Source: Gammaproteobacteria bacterium (GTDB taxonomy: Bacteria > Pseudomonadota > Gammaproteobacteria > Pseudomonadales > IMCC2047). From it: a stretch of 64,000 nt of DNA. The stretch spans positions 65,955 through 129,954 of the forward strand of contig JAJFKB010000001.1 of NCBI GenBank assembly GCA_021773395.1. The letters run 5' to 3'. Every line of letters starts with the position of its first letter. Position 1 is the first letter of the stretch. The notes under the pieces were generated by a model that searched no databases, was not told the origin of the DNA, and saw only the letters and a program-made list of their open reading frames with translations. Positions 58,575 through 64,000 of this stretch are shown piece after piece. A program made the position numbers and the translations under genes.

Positions 58575-58722
58575 TTTTGATAGCGCTAATACTTGGTCGT
58601 TTAATTGTCTGCCGGTTTATCGGAGCACCATGTTAATAGAAGCGCCATACTATTAATAGCAGTTAGAGACCTTTGCATAACTGCTGCTCTCGGCAATATG
58701 ATGCGAAAAACCGATTCAGAAT

Positions 58723-60051
58723 CTATGACGAGGGTATTTGAATGACCTGTCCGACTCTTATTTCATCGGATTTCAAACCATTAAGCGATTTGATGCGGCC
58801 AGTAGAAACCCGGTTGCGAATAGCAATTTCCGACAGCGTATCTCCACGGGCAATCCGGTACTCCCGGGCATTCATTTTCTGTTCCTGCTGCCACGCAAGA
58901 TAGGTACCGGGCGGAGGGCTTTCTGAAAAGAAGGATTGCACGCCACGATAGATCGCCTTGGCGATAGCCCTCTGGTGCGTCCGACTGTTCAAACGCTTTG
59001 CTTCCTGGGGATTGGATATAAAGCCGGTTTCAACCAATATCGAAGGAATATCCGGTGATTTAAGGACGACAAAACCAGCCTGTTCCAACTGCTTCTTATG
59101 CAACCGCGTCACCTTACCCAGCTCTGCGACCACTTGGCTGCCCGCAGCTACGCTGGCACGCATGCTCGCCGTCATTGACAAATCCAATAGCACTCCGGCA
59201 AGCACGTCATCCTTATCATCGAGACTTACGCCTCCCACACCTCCGATTAAATCTGAACTGTTCTCCGACTCTGCCAGCCAACGAGCCGCTTCACTGGTCG
59301 CGCCGCGCTTCGAAAGAGTATAAACAGAGGCACCCTTGGCCTGAGGGCTTTTAAAGGCGTCAGCATGAACAGAAATCATCATATCCGCTTTACTATCACG
59401 AGCTAATTTAGTGCGGCTGCGCAATCCCACATAGTAGTCACTCTTTCGAATCATCACCGGCCGATAACCCTTATGCGAGCCGAACAGATTCTCCAAATCC
59501 CGAGCAATTGCCAACACCACAGCTTTTTCTCGAATTCCATGAGCACCAATCGCGCCGGGGTCATCTCCCCCATGCCCAGCGTCAATAGCGATGATTACGT
59601 TACGTTTATCGCTTAGTGTTTTGGTAACTACCGGTGGCTGAGTTTTTTGCGCTACAGGATAAAGGTCTACCACCAGTCGATTGCCATACTGTTGGTTAGG
59701 AGGCAATACGAAACTACGAGGTTTTATTCTGCCTTTTAAATCAAGCACCACTCGTAAATCGGTGCTGTTGCGCGCCGCATACCTTACACCCTTTACCAAT
59801 TGAGGTGGCAACTGCAGCGACTTGAGATCTATTTTGGCCGTGGCGTTTTCGATGTCAATCACCAGACGCTGCGGGTCACTCATCACAAATAGCTTGTGCT
59901 CAACCGGATTCGAGACATCAAATACAATACGAGTATGATCGGGTGCAGGCCAAATACGTACACCACTAATGCTGGTAGCCGCCGCAACGGGCTGCACAAT
60001 CAACAGAAGACTGATAACAAGAACACTGATAAGCCGCATAGATGGAATCAT
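58723..60051 (-). CDS. amiB: N-acetylmuramoyl-L-alanine amidase (AmiB/AmiC type) with C-terminal LysM
   Basis: The ORF is open to 60093, but MIPSMRLISVLV at 60051 begins the signal peptide. AMIN domain, Amidase_3 (IAIDAGHGGDDPGA, ISVHADA), and C-terminal LysM (YRIARGDTLSEIA). Confidence 0.86.
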   Translation of the reverse strand: MIPSMRLISVLVISLLLIVQPVAAATSISGVRIWPAPDHTRIVFDVSNPVEHKLFVMSDPQRLVIDIENATAKIDLKSLQLPPQLVKGVRYAARNSTDLRVVLDLKGRIKPRSFVLPPNQQYGNRLVVDLYPVAQKTQPPVVTKTLSDKRNVIIAIDAGHGGDDPGAIGAHGIREKAVVLAIARDLENLFGSHKGYRPVMIRKSDYYVGLRSRTKLARDSKADMMISVHADAFKSPQAKGASVYTLSKRGATSEAARWLAESENSSDLIGGVGGVSLDDKDDVLAGVLLDLSMTASMRASVAAGSQVVAELGKVTRLHKKQLEQAGFVVLKSPDIPSILVETGFISNPQEAKRLNSRTHQRAIAKAIYRGVQSFFSESPPPGTYLAWQQEQKMNAREYRIARGDTLSEIAIRNRVSTGRIKSLNGLKSDEIRVGQVIQIPSS

Positions 60052-60103
60052 TGTTTTTTGTTTGATGTTAAAAATGTAGTATAAATCAAGCAATTACGCA
60101 AAA

Positions 60104-60568
60104 CTAATTAGCTACTATCTTAGCAAATAGCCGGTCGCCCATCTCCGTATAAGCCTTGGCACAAAACATGCGGCTCACACCAATCATCTTTATCTGGATT
60201 TCCAGGTCAGGCTCTCCCAGCAACCCCTGTGCCTTTTCAGGCCACTCCACCAGACAGATAGATCCGCCGTCAAAATAATCGCGATACCCGATATACTCTA
60301 ACTCCGATGGATCCGCTAGTCGGTATAGATCAAAATGATAAAGCGTAGCCACCTCTAAGGAGTAGGGCTCCACCAGAGTGTAGGTCGGGCTTTTTACCCT
60401 TCCCCGATACCCTAGCGCTTCAATAATATAGCGACAGAGCGTTGTTTTACCGGCACCCAGATCTCCCGACAGATGCAGAACTGCCCCTGGTGCCAGAGCA
60501 TTCGCCAGTTCAGTTGCCAGCTTTTTGGTGGCCGACTCTTCAGTAATGTCTATCTTACTCCACGGCAT
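60104..60568 (-). CDS. tsaE: tRNA t6A37 biosynthesis ATPase TsaE
   Basis: 154 aa. GDLGAGKTTLCR P-loop, SPTYTLVEPY and HFDLYRL. Confidence 0.88.
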   Translation of the reverse strand: MPWSKIDITEESATKKLATELANALAPGAVLHLSGDLGAGKTTLCRYIIEALGYRGRVKSPTYTLVEPYSLEVATLYHFDLYRLADPSELEYIGYRDYFDGGSICLVEWPEKAQGLLGEPDLEIQIKMIGVSRMFCAKAYTEMGDRLFAKIVAN

Positions 60569-60586
60569 TAACCCGCTACTCCCTCA

Positions 60587-62089
60587 TTAACCGGGATTAA
60601 CCAGGTTACGTAAGTGGGGCAGCAAATCAGTTGCCAACATCCCCCGCTGCCCGCTTTGAGCCGCGCGGTCTGCGGCAGCCGCATGCAAACTCACGCCCAG
60701 CTGAGCGGCCTGATAAAGACCAAAGCCCTGCGCGATCAAACCTCCCAACACACCGCTCAGCACATCACCCATACCGCCGCTGGCCATGCCCGGATTGCCG
60801 CCTGAACAGACAGCCATATCAGTTAATTCAGGCCCACAAATCAAACTCCCGGCTCCTTTTAACACCGCCACGCCACCAAAGCGCCTCTGCAACTGTCTGA
60901 CCGCATCAAATCGATCCCGTTGCACCTGAGCTGTAGTTTGCTGCAGCAATCGCGCCGCCTCCCCGGGATGCGGCGTAATAATCCAACCATCGTTATGACA
61001 GTCAACTGCCTGTCCGGATGCGATCAAATTTAACGCATCAGCGTCCACAACCAGCTTTTTCTGGCTCGACAATACGACCCTAAGCAATTGCTCTGACCAG
61101 GCGTTCTGCCCCAGACCCGGACCAATCACTACCACGTCAGCGTCGGCCACCAAGGGCTCCAAATCCTGCCCTGAATCGACACCATGCGCCATAACTTCCG
61201 GACACCTCGCCAGAATACCTGCCAAGTGATCCGGCCGCGTGGCCAAAGTCACCAGTCCCGCGCCAACACGACATGCAGCCTGTGATGCCATCAGTGCGGC
61301 GCCACCCATACCCAGATTACCACCGACGATCAGCACCCGTCCAAAATTTCCTTTATGCGCATCACGCTTGCGTCTCGGAAGTAATTTGGAGAGCACTAAA
61401 GCATCCACACGACTGGCGCTAGCGACTACTTTATCAAATACCTGATCGGGCACCTGCAAATCATCAAAATACAAATCTCCGCATCGATCAGAACCGCTAC
61501 CCGTCAGCAAGCCCTGCTTCAGACCAATAAAGGAGATGGTGGCATCAGCAATAACCGACCGACCTAGAACACTTCCAGTATCAGAGCACAATCCGGACGG
61601 GATATCTATTGCCAGTATTGGTTGCTGCGATGCAGTCATGATTTCTATGGCATCGAGGTAGGAGCCGCCCACGTCCCCAGTAAGTCCAGTACCCAGCAGC
61701 GCGTCAACAATCACATCTCCCTGGACCATAACACCGCTCTCAAATGGAGCAAATGCAACACCCTCCTGACGCGCCCAGTCGCAAGCGAGTTTAGCATCCC
61801 CCTGCAATTTGCCTTCTGCGCCAACCTGTATTAGCTGCACCGCCAGCCCGCTTCGCAGCGCCAACCCAGCCACAATGTACCCATCACCCCCGTTGTTCCC
61901 TGAGCCACACCAGACACTGATCGACTCCGCTTGAGGCCACTGTTCCCGCAGCAGCTTTAACGCCGCCTCTCCGGCTCGGCGCATTAACCTGATACCCGGA
62001 ATATCAAAATCCTGTATCGCGCATCGATCCATTTCCCGGGCCTGATTGGCGAGATAAAGTCGGGTGGGCAGCTCCTGCTGTTCAGTCAT
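60587..62089 (-). CDS. nnr: bifunctional NAD(P)H-hydrate repair enzyme (epimerase/dehydratase)
   Basis: 500 aa. The N-terminal YjeF_N domain (GSGNNGGDG) is fused to a C-terminal carbohydrate-kinase-like dehydratase (GGMGDVLSG). Confidence 0.9.
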   Translation of the reverse strand: MTEQQELPTRLYLANQAREMDRCAIQDFDIPGIRLMRRAGEAALKLLREQWPQAESISVWCGSGNNGGDGYIVAGLALRSGLAVQLIQVGAEGKLQGDAKLACDWARQEGVAFAPFESGVMVQGDVIVDALLGTGLTGDVGGSYLDAIEIMTASQQPILAIDIPSGLCSDTGSVLGRSVIADATISFIGLKQGLLTGSGSDRCGDLYFDDLQVPDQVFDKVVASASRVDALVLSKLLPRRKRDAHKGNFGRVLIVGGNLGMGGAALMASQAACRVGAGLVTLATRPDHLAGILARCPEVMAHGVDSGQDLEPLVADADVVVIGPGLGQNAWSEQLLRVVLSSQKKLVVDADALNLIASGQAVDCHNDGWIITPHPGEAARLLQQTTAQVQRDRFDAVRQLQRRFGGVAVLKGAGSLICGPELTDMAVCSGGNPGMASGGMGDVLSGVLGGLIAQGFGLYQAAQLGVSLHAAAADRAAQSGQRGMLATDLLPHLRNLVNPG

Positions 62090-62233
62090 CTTTAATTTTG
62101 ATCCATTGGTTTGTTATCGAATAGTAGCCCAAATATTTCACCAGTACGCCTAAATAGCTCTGAAGCCCCTATGCATATTGGCTTTGATTTAAAATCCTGG
62201 CGCCTAGCGAAAAATCGGCGCTAGTACGCTATT

Positions 62234-63352
62234 ATGGCACAACAATTCCGTATTTTTCAGTACCCCACAATAATCGCAATGCAAACACCAGATCAGGAAA
62301 GTTCAAGCCTTATTCAACTGGCCGAAGAGATTAAAATCTGGGGCGCTGATTTTGGTTTCCAGCAGGTGGGCATCACTGATATCCATTTAGCCGAGCACGA
62401 ACAGCATTTGGCTGAATGGCTTGCGAAGGGGCTTCATGGAGACCTGAATTATATGGCGCAACATGGTACCAAGAGGAGCCACCCGGAAGAGCTTCTTCCA
62501 GGAACGTTGCGCGTAATCTCTGTACGACTGGATTATCTTACTACCGCGCCAAGAACAACGGAACACCAGCAGCAGGGCGAGAATGCAGCCATCTCTCGCT
62601 ATGCTATGGGCCGCGATTATCACAAAATGATGCGCAAACGCCTGGCCAAACTGGCTGAAAAAATTGATACCCGGGCCAATCAGCACGGCTGCAGAGCATT
62701 TGTCGACAGCGCTCCGGTCCTTGAACGTGCATTAGCGGAAAAATCCGGGCTGGGCTGGATTGGCAAAAACACGATGCTGCTCAACCGAAAGGCAGGCTCT
62801 TACTTTTTTTTGGGCGAGATTTTTACCAATCTTGCTCTTCCTATTGATCACCCGGAATCAACGAACAACTGCGGCAGTTGTACCGCCTGCCTCTATGCGT
62901 GTCCCACACAGGCTTTCGTAGAACCTTATGTGCTGGACGCCCGAAAGTGTATTTCCTACTTGACGATTGAGCTAAAAGGATCAATTCCTGAACATTTGAG
63001 AGCGCCCATAGGCAACCGTATTTTCGGCTGCGATGACTGCCAAACCGTTTGCCCCTGGAATCGGTTCGCGCAGTTTTCGGAAGAAGATGATTTCAAGCCA
63101 CGACATGGACTCGACACTGCCCAGTTACTTGAGTTACTCAACTGGTCTGAGGAAGAGTTTCTCGATAAAACGGCAGGTTCAGCTATACGCCGAGCTGGTT
63201 ACCAAGGCTGGCTGCGAAACATTGCCGTCGCACTAGGCAATGCAGCAACCAGCAGGGATATCATCGATGCACTGGAAAATCGTCTGACGGACTCCTCAGA
63301 GATGGTGCGGGAGCATATAACCTGGGCGCTAGAAAGGCAGCGCGGCAGTTAA
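62234..63352 (+). CDS. queG: epoxyqueuosine reductase
   Basis: 372 aa (a likely alternative start is ATG 62279, MQTPDQ). GFQQVGITD, two 4Fe-4S motifs (CGSCTACLYACP, CDDCQTVCPWN) and a HEAT-like C-terminus. Confidence 0.88.
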   Translation: MAQQFRIFQYPTIIAMQTPDQESSSLIQLAEEIKIWGADFGFQQVGITDIHLAEHEQHLAEWLAKGLHGDLNYMAQHGTKRSHPEELLPGTLRVISVRLDYLTTAPRTTEHQQQGENAAISRYAMGRDYHKMMRKRLAKLAEKIDTRANQHGCRAFVDSAPVLERALAEKSGLGWIGKNTMLLNRKAGSYFFLGEIFTNLALPIDHPESTNNCGSCTACLYACPTQAFVEPYVLDARKCISYLTIELKGSIPEHLRAPIGNRIFGCDDCQTVCPWNRFAQFSEEDDFKPRHGLDTAQLLELLNWSEEEFLDKTAGSAIRRAGYQGWLRNIAVALGNAATSRDIIDALENRLTDSSEMVREHITWALERQRGS

Positions 63353-63368
63353 CGGAAATCCTGTCGCT

Positions 63369-63914
63369 TTAAGTGAACTTGAAAAAGCGCTTTCGATAAT
63401 ACTCTAGCTCAGCAATTGAGTCTTTGATGTCATCCAATGCCAGATGCGCTCCTTTCTTTTGAATACCATTGAGTAACGATGGGTGCCAGCGTTTTGCCAG
63501 CTCCTTAACAGAGCTCACATCCAGATTTCGATAATGAAAAAAAGCTTCTAACTGTGGCATATAGCGCGCCAGAAAGCGCCTATCCTGACAAATACTGTTG
63601 CCACACATGGGTGATACTCCTGGCTCTAAATACTGTTGCAGAAAACGAATGGTTTCCTGCTCGGCATGCTGCATACTATTCTTGCTCTGCAATACGCGAG
63701 CAGTCAGCCCCGACTTGCCATGTTGCGTAGTATTCCATTCATCCATAGCCTGCATCACCTTATCTGTCTGTGTAATAGCAAACACAGGACCCTCCGCCAA
63801 AATTTTTAAATCTGAATCAGTCACTATGGTCGCTATCTCTATTATGGTATCTTGCTCTGGAATAAGACCGGTCATTTCTAGGTCAATCCAAATTAAATTT
63901 GCTTTACTTAGCAT
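63369..63914 (-). CDS. orn: oligoribonuclease
   Basis: 181 aa. [12 protein letters not shown] DEDDh exonuclease motif I and [18 protein letters not shown]. Confidence 0.93.
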   Translation of the reverse strand: MLSKANLIWIDLEMTGLIPEQDTIIEIATIVTDSDLKILAEGPVFAITQTDKVMQAMDEWNTTQHGKSGLTARVLQSKNSMQHAEQETIRFLQQYLEPGVSPMCGNSICQDRRFLARYMPQLEAFFHYRNLDVSSVKELAKRWHPSLLNGIQKKGAHLALDDIKDSIAELEYYRKRFFKFT

Positions 63915-64000
63915 GGAAACATCCTAGTCAGGATTAATATGAAGTCTATTAACAGTAACGGTACATTACTCAATATTGGATCTCGAATCTAGCGTTATGA

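Overview
This 64-kb window reads as ordinary chromosome from a gammaproteobacterium, possibly marine, with moderate GC by eye. I call about 60 protein genes. I recognised no rRNA, tRNA, CRISPR array, IS element, integrase, phage gene or toxin-antitoxin/defence module. Two conserved housekeeping blocks frame the window: (a) cysK, yrfG-hslR-hslO, pckA, gshA at the left; (b) purA-hisZ-yjeT-hflC-hflK-hflX-hfq-miaA-mutL-amiB-tsaE-nnr, then queG and orn, at the right. The middle carries more accessory-looking metabolism. First, a tight minus-strand operon of two RidA-family genes plus amnB/amnA-like 2-aminophenol-type extradiol dioxygenase subunits, preceded by an IclR regulator fused to a third RidA domain. 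Next come phoBR, a cytochrome b561 and a UbiD-family decarboxylase. After that, a TonB-C-domain gene is interrupted by three in-frame stops. Then come a quinohemoprotein PQQ alcohol dehydrogenase, an AraC regulator and a TonB-dependent receptor, followed by a stand-alone divergent trpB-like gene. An aromatic amino acid neighbourhood follows: DAHP synthase, hppD, Lrp/AsnC and MarR regulators, hmgA-fah-maiA. Last are phaB and a three-gene 2-oxoacid:ferredoxin oxidoreductase cluster with a GltD-like/ferredoxin fusion. I did not find a convincing wholly new multi-gene system. The most unusual items are: (1) the IclR-RidA fusion and triplicated RidA domains around an orphan amnBA pair; (2) an unannotated 32-codon Phe/Tyr-rich leader ORF plus a terminator hairpin abutting the DAHP synthase start codon, a candidate aromatic attenuator; (3) the gene with one each of TGA, TAA and TAG in frame; (4) a thrice-repeated about 17-nt motif able to form mutually exclusive hairpins upstream of phaB. 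All family assignments come from reading the translations and from memory of the families, with no searches run.
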